Positions 19,724-28,975 of a DNA stretch of 64,000 bases are shown here, in pieces (the stretch's first letter is position 1; every line of letters starts with the position of its first letter). The notes beneath the pieces were generated by a model. The model did not search any database. It was given only the letters and a program-made list of their open reading frames with translations, and had not been told where the DNA came from. The stretch comes from a virus (lineage: Duplodnaviria; Caudoviricetes), in the IMG/VR virus record IMGVR_UViG_2882238243_000002, positions 1-64,000 of that record; one strand, given 5' to 3'. The translations under genes and the position numbers were made by a program.

Positions 19724-19756
19724 AAAAGCACCTTCAATTAAATGAGGTGCTTAAAA
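19724..19756. terminator. Bidirectional terminator between convergent cargo genes
   Basis: AAAAAGCACCT-tcaattaaatg-AGGTGCTTAAAAA. Confidence 0.75.
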
Positions 19757-19766
19757 ATTTATGTAT

Positions 19767-20267
19767 TTAGTTTTGTTCTTCTGTTGCAGCTACTTGGGCT
19801 TTTATGTCATAATTTAAATATATCGATTCTAATAATTTGAAATCACAACATGCATAATTGAGTTTATGATTTTTGTTACATCCTATTTTATATACAGATG
19901 TAGCCTTTTTGTAGATTTCATCCTTATGTTTTAAACAATACATATATTCCGAATACAACAAGTCTGCATATTTTTGATCTTGTTTCGCAATCTCTTTAAA
20001 TTTTTTTTCGACTAGCACGTTGTCATACGCTGGTATCATAAAAGAAAATTTTATCGTTGAGATGACTTTGTCATCTTGAAAAATTTGTAAGTTTGTTTGT
20101 TGTTTATTTGTAATATGAGAAATGGGAGCATAATAAGCTATCCCATTACATTTAAATACAACTCCACAGACAAATTTATTATTGGTTGAGTATTCTATAT
20201 TTGGCACTTTCTTATCAAATTTTTGCAGATATTTAACATAATCTTTATCAATATCGTAAAATTTCAT
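19767..20267 (-). CDS. toxN: Type III TA toxin, ToxN/AbiQ family endoribonuclease
   Basis: MKFYDIDKDYVKYLQKFDKKVPNIEY..KFVCGVV..YYAPISH..IKFSFMIP..CCDFKLLE; downstream of a repeat array and terminator. Confidence 0.9.
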   Translation of the reverse strand: MKFYDIDKDYVKYLQKFDKKVPNIEYSTNNKFVCGVVFKCNGIAYYAPISHITNKQQTNLQIFQDDKVISTIKFSFMIPAYDNVLVEKKFKEIAKQDQKYADLLYSEYMYCLKHKDEIYKKATSVYKIGCNKNHKLNYACCDFKLLESIYLNYDIKAQVAATEEQN

Positions 20268-20289
20268 TATATTCTCCCATATGTACAAT

Positions 20290-20316
20290 AAAAGAGCGAA
20301 GATATTATCCTCGCTC
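20290..20316 (-). terminator. toxI-toxN internal terminator
   Basis: GAGCGAGGA-taata-TCTTCGCTC-TTTT on the minus strand. Confidence 0.85.
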
Positions 20317-20317
20317 C

Positions 20318-20430
20318 GCATTAAGCTTTCACCTTTTCGGTAGTGAGACACCTAGCATTAAATCCTTCTGTCACGGTCGAAGAACACCTCGCATTAAACC
20401 CTAACTTATGGTGCTAGAAACCAAGCATTA
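20318..20430 (-). ncRNA. toxI: ToxI-type antitoxin RNA: three degenerate pseudoknot repeats
   Basis: UAAUGC linker recurs at 34/36/37-nt spacing; each unit has a GGU..ACC stem 1 and a pairing stem 2. Confidence 0.85.
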
Positions 20431-20525
20431 CTTAAATTAAAAATTATATTATAATAGGCATTTGCCCAGTATAAACATTTATTAAACGTTAGATAATTGA
20501 TAACGTTATCACTTCTTGTATGTTT

Positions 20526-20554
20526 ACTATAACACAGTAAAGTAGAATACACAA
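20526..20554 (-). promoter_or_regulatory. Candidate host-RNAP promoter for toxIN
   Basis: TTGTGT-17-TATAGT with extended TG; a second TATAAT at 20448-20453. Confidence 0.5.
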
Positions 20555-21168
20555 TAGTTTTTATGAACAAAAGTTCAATATATTTGTTAAAAAACTGCCC
20601 AAACGGTGAACTACCCACAAGCTAAAGCTAATGGGATTTCTGACGGTTTTCTTGTTAAATTTCATCACTAGATGTACTATTAAAATAATAGAAGAGTAGT
20701 AGAACTCTTTAGAACAATATAAAAATTTGCCTCCAAGCAAGTGGCTAACGACGCCACCACAAAGTAATATCCATAATTCCCTTGTGTTTTGGACTGTATG
20801 TTTTGAGCTAATCAACTTAGCCCAGGATTGTCAGTCTCTGGGGCGTAACCCATTCGTTAATAAACGAGTTGTTCTACGCCTGCTTTCCTCTATAAAATAG
20901 AGTACCTATAGACCCTCCCTTAAACAGAATAAAAATATGGTCTGCCATATGTATATGTCTTTTGAACTTATACAAAATCAATATGTTTTTTCCGGATTTC
21001 TCCACCATTGCCGTATATTTGTTTCCAAATTCCGTTTTGGTATATTGATATAGTGGGGGAGTTCCCAGCATATTCTCCACGTAAAAGTCTGTTATCTTTC
21101 ATTTACTACGTTACACGAACGGTGCTTATAGTAAAGGGCAATTCAAATTATGAAAACTTGAGTGTTTT

Positions 21169-23142
21169 ACCTACGTCTTTTGCTCCTAATATAGAGCCTA
21201 TTCCCGCTCCCAAAGTTCCTAATGGAGTAAGAAAATCTACAATTCCAGTCCCCGCTTTTGTTAAAGCAGTACCAAAATCTATGAAAAAGTTTACTAGTCC
21301 AGAATCGAGCATAGTATTAGCAAATTCAATACCTGCATTCTTCATTTTTTCTAGATGAGCAGTTGTTGATTCCTGATAAGCATTGAATTTATCCATTGCT
21401 TGTCCAGAGGAATTTAATGATGCATCAGTATATCTAAGAGCCGTGTCATAGTTGTTCATCAACACAAGGAAGTTTTCCATGTGGTTTACACCGGCAAAAG
21501 CACTAGCAATTGCTCTTTGCTGAACGTCTGAATAAGTACCCCAATTAGCACCAGTTTCATCTAATACTTCATCAAAATCTCTAAAAGTATCCATAGAATC
21601 TCTTAAAGAAATTCCGACACCTTTAAGAACCGTTTCAACATTACTTAAATCTTCACCTGAGTTCTGATAATCTTTTAATCTTGCTAATTTAATATTACCC
21701 ATTCGTGAAAATACAGCATTAAGTGATGTTCCCACTTCAGACATGCTAGATTGAGTTACTTCACCAACAACTGCAGCATAACCAAGCAACTTGTCCATGC
21801 CTACACCGGCTAAGTTGGCATTATTAGCAACTTGACTCATTGCCTCGGCTAATCCACCTACGTCGGTTGCTGATATCAAGTCGACCGCCGACAATTTATC
21901 TACCACATCTAATGTATCTTTTGCGGCTACATTGTAACCTTTCATTGCACTGGTAAGGTATTTGGTACTATCCGCCGTTGACAATTTTCCGATTTTTGAT
22001 AGTACTATTGCATCTGTAATAAGTGTTTCAGTATCGGCTATACTTTGTCCCTGTTTTAACCATTCAGTACCAGATTCAGTAATGTCAATGACAGTAGCAC
22101 TTAATTTATCTCCTAATTGTGAATATGAATCCATATAAGATTCTATTTGCGTCTTGGAAGCACCAGTAGCCATAGTTAAGTCGGTTATTGCGTCATTAGT
22201 TTCCTTAACTGCTTTTGGGATTTTCTGTATTTGGTAAACTAATCCCATGACGGCAGAACTTACAGATATCCATTGAAGGAAACTATCTCGCGCTTGCGTT
22301 AATTGGTCTTTTACTGAAGCTCCAAGTTTTCCAATGCTTCGCATAGAATTTTCAGCAGTTTTAAAACCATTAACAATTTCGTTAAATTGCATTTTGGTCA
22401 TTTGAGAGTTTAGGGCTCGTAAACTGTCTATATATGCTTGGTTTGCAGCTCTAACAGACTTTGTTGCTCTAGTATTTTTTAGGTTCCACGCTTCAATAGC
22501 ATCAGCCTTACTTAGTCTTTGTTGGTTTGTGACTAATAAGCTATATTCAGAGCGAAGCATAGATAAGTCATTTTTTGTTTCACCAATCGCAGATTGAAGT
22601 TTGTCAAACTGTGCTACAATCGCAATATCATCGCCACTTTCCATAATAGATTTTAGCTGAGTAAACTCAGTATTTACAGACGACATTTTCTTTTCTACAG
22701 TTTCACTAGAAAGCCCAAGTTTAGTAAAACTGTTTGTAATGGTCTGTATTTGCGCAGTAGTGTCTCCGTTGTCACCAACAAGTACTTGAATCTTATCAAG
22801 CTTTTGATTTAATGCATTTTTAGTTCTTTGAGCTGTTTCCTCTGCCTTCTTTGCTGTTTTTTCTAGCTCAGTTTGCAAACGTCTATTGTCACCTATTACC
22901 TGATTTATAGTTTTTTCAATAGTCTTGTCATCAATTTTAATATCAATACCTGTGACCTTTTTCAATTCAGCTTCAAGTTCAGGTAATATTTGTTTAACTG
23001 TTTTTATTAATTCAGCTTTATTTAAGTCAGCAGCTAGATTTAAGTGATATTTATCTAAAACTTTTTGAACTTCTGAGATGTCTGATTTTCCAATTCCACT
23101 TGAATCTAAGACTGCTTGTAGTAGGACTTTAAATTCATCCAT
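21169..23142 (-). CDS. Tape measure protein, exon 1 (TP901-type domain); unspliced ORF runs to 21148
   Basis: EWLKQG..LSKIG..LTSAMKGY..VVDKLSAVD..GLAEAM..VGTSLNAVFSR motifs. Confidence 0.92.
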
Positions 23143-23215
23143 TTGTTTAATTTCTCCCTTCGTGAATTAATTTCTACATAAAAATAACTCCCCACAAAAG
23201 GAGAGCAGTGCAATC

Positions 23216-23704
23216 TTAATTAATTTTTATTTTACATTTATCACTCAAATATTTTTTGAAACTTTTAAATATATCATAAATTCCACCTTCGCCAATTTCG
23301 TCTAAAAACTTTTCCCAAAACCTACCGGAAGTTACCCCAAATTCAGTACTTCCGTGTATACCTTGTGACATATTTCGAAACACATCGTCGGCATCATCTC
23401 CCTTAATATAATAGGTAACTCCATGTGAAGTCCAAAATGACGGGTCGTAAGAAACTCTAGTTGGATCTAGATACAACTCAAATTCATATCCGTTTCCAAT
23501 ATCTCTAATTTCGCTTGTCATAATAGCTTCAAGAATACGAAATTTCCGTTCGTACATTTTTGGAGAGTATTGGTCGTAGTATTCAGAAATTATGAATTCT
23601 TCAAGATAGTCTGGTAATTTTTCTTTTATGTTTACCATCCATTTATAGAGCTGTTTTTTCAATACTTTTTGCAAATCATTATTGTTTTTAATAGTTTTTG
23701 TCAT
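23216..23704 (-). CDS. Hypothetical tail-region protein
   Basis: YYDQYSPKMYER motif; upstream of the tape measure gene. Confidence 0.7.
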   Translation of the reverse strand: MTKTIKNNNDLQKVLKKQLYKWMVNIKEKLPDYLEEFIISEYYDQYSPKMYERKFRILEAIMTSEIRDIGNGYEFELYLDPTRVSYDPSFWTSHGVTYYIKGDDADDVFRNMSQGIHGSTEFGVTSGRFWEKFLDEIGEGGIYDIFKSFKKYLSDKCKIKIN

Positions 23705-23913
23705 TATTTCTTATCATCTTTATGAACATCGTCATGGATAGCACCTGCTAATTCTTTCAAAAACTCCTTTTTTACTTCCTCAGGTGTCATATCTTTAGAA
23801 GCTATAGCCAGTTTAGTTAGCATACCAATATAGTCCTCACTGTGCTCCAATGCTTTAAATATTTCAATTTTTGATTTTGCATAGAATAATTTTGATTTGA
23901 TATAAGTTAACAT
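23704..23913 (-). CDS. Hypothetical protein
   Basis: AAGGAG RBS; coupled to the next gene. Confidence 0.7.
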   Translation of the reverse strand: MLTYIKSKLFYAKSKIEIFKALEHSEDYIGMLTKLAIASKDMTPEEVKKEFLKELAGAIHDDVHKDDKK

Positions 23914-23930
23914 ATTTCTAATTCTCCTTG

Positions 23931-24458
23931 TTATAATTTACTATCTGTAAAAAACTTTTCTAAGTTATATCTATAATTAGTTCTTAACAATGTATTATCT
24001 ATTTTAATTGGGTTCATCTGCAAGACATCATCAATATTAATTGACTTCTTTGATAACGTATTTGTATAGTCCAAAAACTCATCAATCATTACAAAATACG
24101 TTTGATTTGATTTATTGCGGAAGTTAAATACAAATCCAAATACACCTAAATGGCTACTAAATTTTAGCAACCCCTTTATTTGATTTTTCTTTATATTAAA
24201 ACTGCACTTCTTTTCTATATTCTCAAAATCTTCACGCCAAAATGTTAGTGAACCAATTGTTGATTTTAATTCAAGTCCATAAAATGTTCTTGTGTTATCA
24301 TCAAACATAATAAAATCACATTCATTAGTTGTGGTAAATCGTGTACCAGATCCGCCATTCCAAGATGATGCACTGTCGTTTAATCTCTTGACTAATATAT
24401 GGTTGGGTACTGACTTAACAAATGAATCCTCGAATATTTTTCCTGGATTTTTTGCTAT
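23931..24458 (-). CDS. RecU-like Holliday junction resolvase (probable ATA start)
   Basis: NPGKIFE..CDF..LELKST..IKKNQIKGL PD-(D/E)xK pattern; AAAGGAGTG RBS 6 nt before ATA. Confidence 0.75.
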   Translation of the reverse strand: MAKNPGKIFEDSFVKSVPNHILVKRLNDSASSWNGGSGTRFTTTNECDFIMFDDNTRTFYGLELKSTIGSLTFWREDFENIEKKCSFNIKKNQIKGLLKFSSHLGVFGFVFNFRNKSNQTYFVMIDEFLDYTNTLSKKSINIDDVLQMNPIKIDNTLLRTNYRYNLEKFFTDSKL

Positions 24459-24795
24459 TTTATTCACTCCTTTTCTTGATTGTAGGATAGGAGAGTTGTT
24501 CAGCTGATTGCTCTCCAAACAAAAAATACCCACAAGTATGCAATAGAAAATAGATGTAGATATCTTATAATTGAAAATGTTCCAAATAAAAAGAACCTCT
24601 AAATTATAGAGATTCTTTATGACAGTACGAGAGAAGTAATAAATGTCTCCCATATATATTTAGTCGGGTCAATAACTTCCGACAGTTAGATATTTAAAAT
24701 ATCTATATCAACTTATTGGTGCTCATATAGATATTCTCTGATTTTATTAAAATTGTTCCTCCCATCTTAAAATAGGATAGGAGGAAACTGTTGTT

Positions 24796-24975
24796 TCATT
24801 TTGAATAAACTTCCTTGTAAAATTCGGCTAGTACCAAAAATAACCTTTCATTTTTCTCATATTTCCAGACGGATATTCCGTTTACTTCTTTTGCGAAGGT
24901 ATATCTAATCCCATGTGAGGTTAAATAATTAAATTCCTCCCACCACAAGCAGGAATATTCTTTATCAATTTTTAT
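24796..24975 (-). CDS. Hypothetical protein (probable ATA start)
   Basis: AGGAGTG RBS before ATA; DKEY..E..YL..GIRYTF.K. Confidence 0.6.
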   Translation of the reverse strand: MKIDKEYSCLWWEEFNYLTSHGIRYTFAKEVNGISVWKYEKNERLFLVLAEFYKEVYSK

Positions 24976-25080
24976 TTTATTTTCACTCCTATCGTAAAAA
25001 ATAGGCAAGTCATATATAATAACCTAAAAATAAATAGATTAGCATATATTACTTGCCTATATAATTACACTAATCTATTT

Positions 25081-25266
25081 TCACACATAATACTTACAGC
25101 CACTTATTTGTTTATAAGGTATATATTTATCCTTATCTGAACAAAATCTCTGACACGTACACAATCCCAATAATTCGGATTGTTCCATTTCCTTTGATTT
25201 TAATTTACAAAATAGCATAGTTTTTTCACTACGTTCTACATATTTTTCGTAGCAATTTCCACACAT
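25081..25266 (-). CDS. Small Cys-rich protein
   Basis: ORF with 7 Cys; GGTGA RBS. Confidence 0.6.
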   Translation of the reverse strand: MCGNCYEKYVERSEKTMLFCKLKSKEMEQSELLGLCTCQRFCSDKDKYIPYKQISGCKYYV

Positions 25267-25276
25267 AATATATCAC

Positions 25277-25480
25277 CTACAACTTATATTCGAAATTAGC
25301 TGTTCCTATTTCTCCACGATACTTGATATACGCAAATTCACCAATTTCAACAGTAATGTTTATTAATCGAATACCATAACCACGGAAATCAACATCTAAT
25401 TCTCTTGTTTCTTTATTGTAAGATAATACTTTACATTTCTCTGTTTTAAATTTTTCAACAGCCATGATTTCCTCCAACAT
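25277..25480 (-). CDS. Hypothetical protein
   Basis: ORF; GGAGG RBS before the internal ATG. Confidence 0.6.
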   Translation of the reverse strand: MLEEIMAVEKFKTEKCKVLSYNKETRELDVDFRGYGIRLINITVEIGEFAYIKYRGEIGTANFEYKL

Positions 25481-25522
25481 AGGAGAGGGCGGTAGTGTTA
25501 ATACTACAACCCTCTACAATAT

Positions 25523-26512
25523 TTATTCTACTGTAACTTTAATAACGTCCTTTACACCATTGTAGTCAATATTAATAAGTGTATTTCCGGCGGAAATACC
25601 CGTAATGACACCGGCAGAAACCGTTGCTACAGTTGGATCGTCAGACGTAATAGTACAATCTGCTACATCAATTCCTACATTGCTATACAAACCACCTTTA
25701 ATACCAATGATTGAAATTGACTTCGTTCCATCTACAACAAGACTAATGGTAGCTGGTGTAGCTGCTATATCAGATACAATAACAGATGTTTCATTTGAAG
25801 GAATTTCAGTAATATAAGCATATACAGAACCATCAGAGCATGTATCGCCTTCGACTGCCAACGCATCACCATCTAAGTTAGTAGTCGTACTGCCAGTTGC
25901 TTCTAAAGTAATATCAAAATTACCGGACAACTGGAATGAAGGAATTTCAATTTGAACTTCTCCAACTTTTCCTTTCTTGCTGTTGTGCTTGTCGGCTGAA
26001 AGCACTAATCTACCAACGAGAGGACTGGTTTCAGCATCAATGGTAACTCTCTTAACATTGGTATTATACTGATATGTAACTTTGATGGTATCATTATCAT
26101 TTCCAACAGTAATAGTAGAACCGACTGGTTCTACTTCGCTAGTAGAACCATCTGTTTTTTCCACAAATACTTTCCCCGTAGGGATTTTCGCAAGAGTTCC
26201 TAAGCCATTAACTAAAGTGACACACTCTGCAACAGCATATACGTCTTTCAATCCCTCTGAGATTGTCGAACCCACGTTAGCTGCGATATAAGCCAAGTTC
26301 CATTCTGCCATCTCAATTGAAGAAGCTAGTTTCCTTCCATACTTATATTTATAAAGTGTCTTTCCGCCTTTTCCCCCTGTTATTTCCTGATCCTCGTTTG
26401 ATACATTTATAGATGTGTTGAGAGAAGTTGTACCAGTAAAAGCTAACACATCGTTATGAAAAAACGCTACGTCAGCGGTTGATACTAAAAAGTCTTTTGC
26501 ATTACCTGCCAT
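25523..26512 (-). CDS. Major tail (tube) protein with C-terminal Ig-like domain
   Basis: EITGGKGG motif; SDDPTVATVSAGVITG Big_2 motif; position in the tail module. Confidence 0.8.
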   Translation of the reverse strand: MAGNAKDFLVSTADVAFFHNDVLAFTGTTSLNTSINVSNEDQEITGGKGGKTLYKYKYGRKLASSIEMAEWNLAYIAANVGSTISEGLKDVYAVAECVTLVNGLGTLAKIPTGKVFVEKTDGSTSEVEPVGSTITVGNDNDTIKVTYQYNTNVKRVTIDAETSPLVGRLVLSADKHNSKKGKVGEVQIEIPSFQLSGNFDITLEATGSTTTNLDGDALAVEGDTCSDGSVYAYITEIPSNETSVIVSDIAATPATISLVVDGTKSISIIGIKGGLYSNVGIDVADCTITSDDPTVATVSAGVITGISAGNTLINIDYNGVKDVIKVTVE

Positions 26513-26573
26513 TATAAGTTCCTCACTTTCTTTTTATAAATCATTTTTTGTGCATAAAAATAAGAGGTAGTCA

Positions 26574-27353
26574 TTAACCGACTTTACCTCTTAGCTCATC
26601 CTCATCTGTTTTGAGGTTAGCATATTTATCTTCAACTTCAATACTGGTCATCCAATGTTGTATTGGTTCTTTTAAAGTGACCATTCCCGACATTTTAGCA
26701 GTGCATGAAGTCTGATAATTTTCATGTTTATTTATTCGCTTGATATATCTCCAAAATTTTCTGATGCTTAAATTAGATATATATTCTTCAGTAACCTTTA
26801 ATCCAATAACCAACGAATCAATGTAATCCTCAATGTCAGCCTTTTCTTTATTTTTCTTAGCTTCAAATTCTCTTGCTTTTTCTAATGCTTTTATTGTCTC
26901 AATGTTCATAAATTCATCGACATCGAAATCAATATCGTTTTGAATTAATATTACCTTCCTTAAATCATCAAATATTTCATCAGTAATAATCTGACCATTG
27001 ATTGTAATATCATGATTTTGAGCATAAGCAATTTCCGCGTCAACACAAGCTAATCGAAATATATTAAGAATTAAATCATAATAAAAATCTAGTCCTTGAA
27101 CCTCATATTTACTAGCGAGTTCAAAATTATGATGGGCATATTTGATAAATTCAAAATAACTCATTTTAATCAATTCTTTTTCTTGAAATATTGAGTCTTT
27201 CCGCAATGTTAAAGCAGACTGGCATTGTTGAAATAATAGTATGTTTTTCATCCTAATAGGAGACAATACTATATTTTCATTATAGGGAATTTCAGAATCA
27301 TATAATAAATATGAATGTAATTGTTGATGATTAATCTCCACAATTATCACCAC
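26574..27353 (-). CDS. Hypothetical virion morphogenesis protein
   Basis: ORF in the head-tail module. Confidence 0.7.
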   Translation of the reverse strand: MVIIVEINHQQLHSYLLYDSEIPYNENIVLSPIRMKNILLFQQCQSALTLRKDSIFQEKELIKMSYFEFIKYAHHNFELASKYEVQGLDFYYDLILNIFRLACVDAEIAYAQNHDITINGQIITDEIFDDLRKVILIQNDIDFDVDEFMNIETIKALEKAREFEAKKNKEKADIEDYIDSLVIGLKVTEEYISNLSIRKFWRYIKRINKHENYQTSCTAKMSGMVTLKEPIQHWMTSIEVEDKYANLKTDEDELRGKVG

Positions 27354-27924
27354 CCGAATTATAGTTTGTTATTTGATATTTCAAGACCTTCCCATAATAT
27401 TTGCTGTTTGGTGAATATAAAGCCATATGATTTCTTGGTGCCGAAGATACCGAACCTATTCCATATATTTTATCAGTTCCATTTAGCGTTCTATCTATAC
27501 AATCACACAATACGCCAATACGGTTTCCATAGGTACTTGCAAAATAGCCCATGTTTTTGACCTGCTTTATAGTTGGAGAAGTGGAAGAGTTTAATCGTAC
27601 AAGTTTTTTACTTGTGAAAACAAAAACATATAAGTTAAAGTCTGTGAAAATTCCATTTCGAATAGTATCTATGTCTGTTTCAACTAAGATAAAAGTTTTG
27701 TCTTGTGTCGTTGTATCATCAACAAAATTATAGTCAAATATATGACCTTGTTCTTCCCACTTGGTTCCGTTTATTACCCACGATCCGCCTAACATAACGT
27801 CAATGATATCCAAGTCCTCGCATTTACTAGGTGTTGGATTTACTAGTGTAATAAAGTTTTCATTTTTTAATAAAAGATTAATGATTTTACTTTTATATTC
27901 TTCTGCTACATATAAATTCGAAAT
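27331..27924 (-). CDS. Head-tail/tail-terminator-like protein (probable ATT start)
   Basis: Frame is open 37 codons upstream of the track start, back to an ATT right after a TAG, with a GGATGTGA SD-like site. Confidence 0.6.
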   Translation of the reverse strand: MSNLYVAEEYKSKIINLLLKNENFITLVNPTPSKCEDLDIIDVMLGGSWVINGTKWEEQGHIFDYNFVDDTTTQDKTFILVETDIDTIRNGIFTDFNLYVFVFTSKKLVRLNSSTSPTIKQVKNMGYFASTYGNRIGVLCDCIDRTLNGTDKIYGIGSVSSAPRNHMALYSPNSKYYGKVLKYQITNYNSGGDNCGD

Positions 27925-27945
27925 CTACATCACATCCCTCTACGT

Positions 27946-28965
27946 CTACATAACATCAACTATATTAATTTTAATATTCGACAAAACATTACCATCCACA
28001 ACAATTTCCAATAAAATAGAAGAGCCTATTAACTCTTCATCATTCACCTTCAATTTAATTGTATTTCCACTTACAGCTTGCTCAATTTTGTCAATAAAAC
28101 CACTCACAACATTCCATTCAAAGTTTACTTCATTAGTATCAATAACATTATCATCCAAATCCTTAAATGTAACAGTATAACTCCTTGCAAATCCTATTTT
28201 AAGGCCTGCATTTCCGCTGATAGTAGCAGATAAATTCGATGTTTCATCGGGTAAATTTTTGTCTGATGTGGTAGTGGTAGAGTGATAATTACATATCCAT
28301 ACAGATTTTCCATCTTCTAATTCTACCAATTTATCCTTATCTTTATTATACTGAACCTGTGTAAATACTAGATTTAAAACACCCTTTTCACCATATCCGT
28401 AAGCAATGTCATCTGGTCTAGTCAACTCGTAAGGTTTGCATTTTATATTGCTGCGAGACATATGCATACGAAGTCCATTATCCAACAGGAGAGTGTCATT
28501 ATCATATGGAATATATACCATAAACTGATTTGACTGTAAGGTGATTGTATTATTGCCAGATTCTCCATTGTTGTAAGCAGACGCATTCTGTACCCAAGCG
28601 TACCTTGATACGATATTACCATCTGCATTTTGCCAGAATAATTCATACTGGCATTGCCTTAAATTACCATCAATATAAATCTCATCATCACAATCTGCCT
28701 CATATACCAACCATATACTATTTGCCCATTCCACATAGTCACCAGCCAATATTTTCTGACCAGGTAAAGATTCGAATTCTTTGTAATAAGGTTTTGTACC
28801 GGTATTGATTATCAGATATGAATCTTCTCCATTTAGTTTGACTTCTTTGCACGATGGATTAGTTGGAGCATTTTTTAAAATGTTATATTTTGTTTGATTT
28901 TTACTTCGATCTCTTTGTGTTGTTCCATTTATTGTAAGACGTTTATTATAAGAGTTCCAATCCAT
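27946..28965 (-). CDS. Head closure/connector-like protein
   Basis: GDYVEW...WLV motif; position after the adaptor genes. Confidence 0.65.
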   Translation of the reverse strand: MDWNSYNKRLTINGTTQRDRSKNQTKYNILKNAPTNPSCKEVKLNGEDSYLIINTGTKPYYKEFESLPGQKILAGDYVEWANSIWLVYEADCDDEIYIDGNLRQCQYELFWQNADGNIVSRYAWVQNASAYNNGESGNNTITLQSNQFMVYIPYDNDTLLLDNGLRMHMSRSNIKCKPYELTRPDDIAYGYGEKGVLNLVFTQVQYNKDKDKLVELEDGKSVWICNYHSTTTTSDKNLPDETSNLSATISGNAGLKIGFARSYTVTFKDLDDNVIDTNEVNFEWNVVSGFIDKIEQAVSGNTIKLKVNDEELIGSSILLEIVVDGNVLSNIKINIVDVM

Positions 28966-28975
28966 ATAACACCGC

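Larger units (their letters stand above)
19131..21168 (-). ncRNA. Group I intron in the tape measure gene, carrying cargo genes
   Basis: 5' exon ends in U, intron ends in G; P4 UGCUGGG (21064-21070), CAGAGACUG (20832-20840) / CAUACAGUCC (20791-20800) forming P7, P8 (20804-20824), P10 and a 13-bp clamp; splicing is in frame; P3 is weak. Confidence 0.85.

Noticed and set aside
20318-20430. Periodic repeats as a mini-CRISPR array
   Set aside because: The constant part is only 6 nt, there are no cas genes, and the context and pseudoknots fit ToxI
20406-21358. Track ORFs 20406-20618, 20561-20815, 20874-21080 and 21008-21358
   Set aside because: They overlap the toxI promoter, the ribozyme core or the tape measure antisense strand; no RBS or recognisable motifs
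14307-23142. Two independent tape-measure genes, or a gene broken by a plain insertion
   Set aside because: Exon 2 lacks an SD, and P1/P10/core/clamp pairings predict precise in-frame joining; not fully excluded without RNA data
2921-24799. GAAACTGT(C/T)GTTTCAT at 2921 and 24784 as an operator family
   Set aside because: Only two copies seen; too few to support a claim
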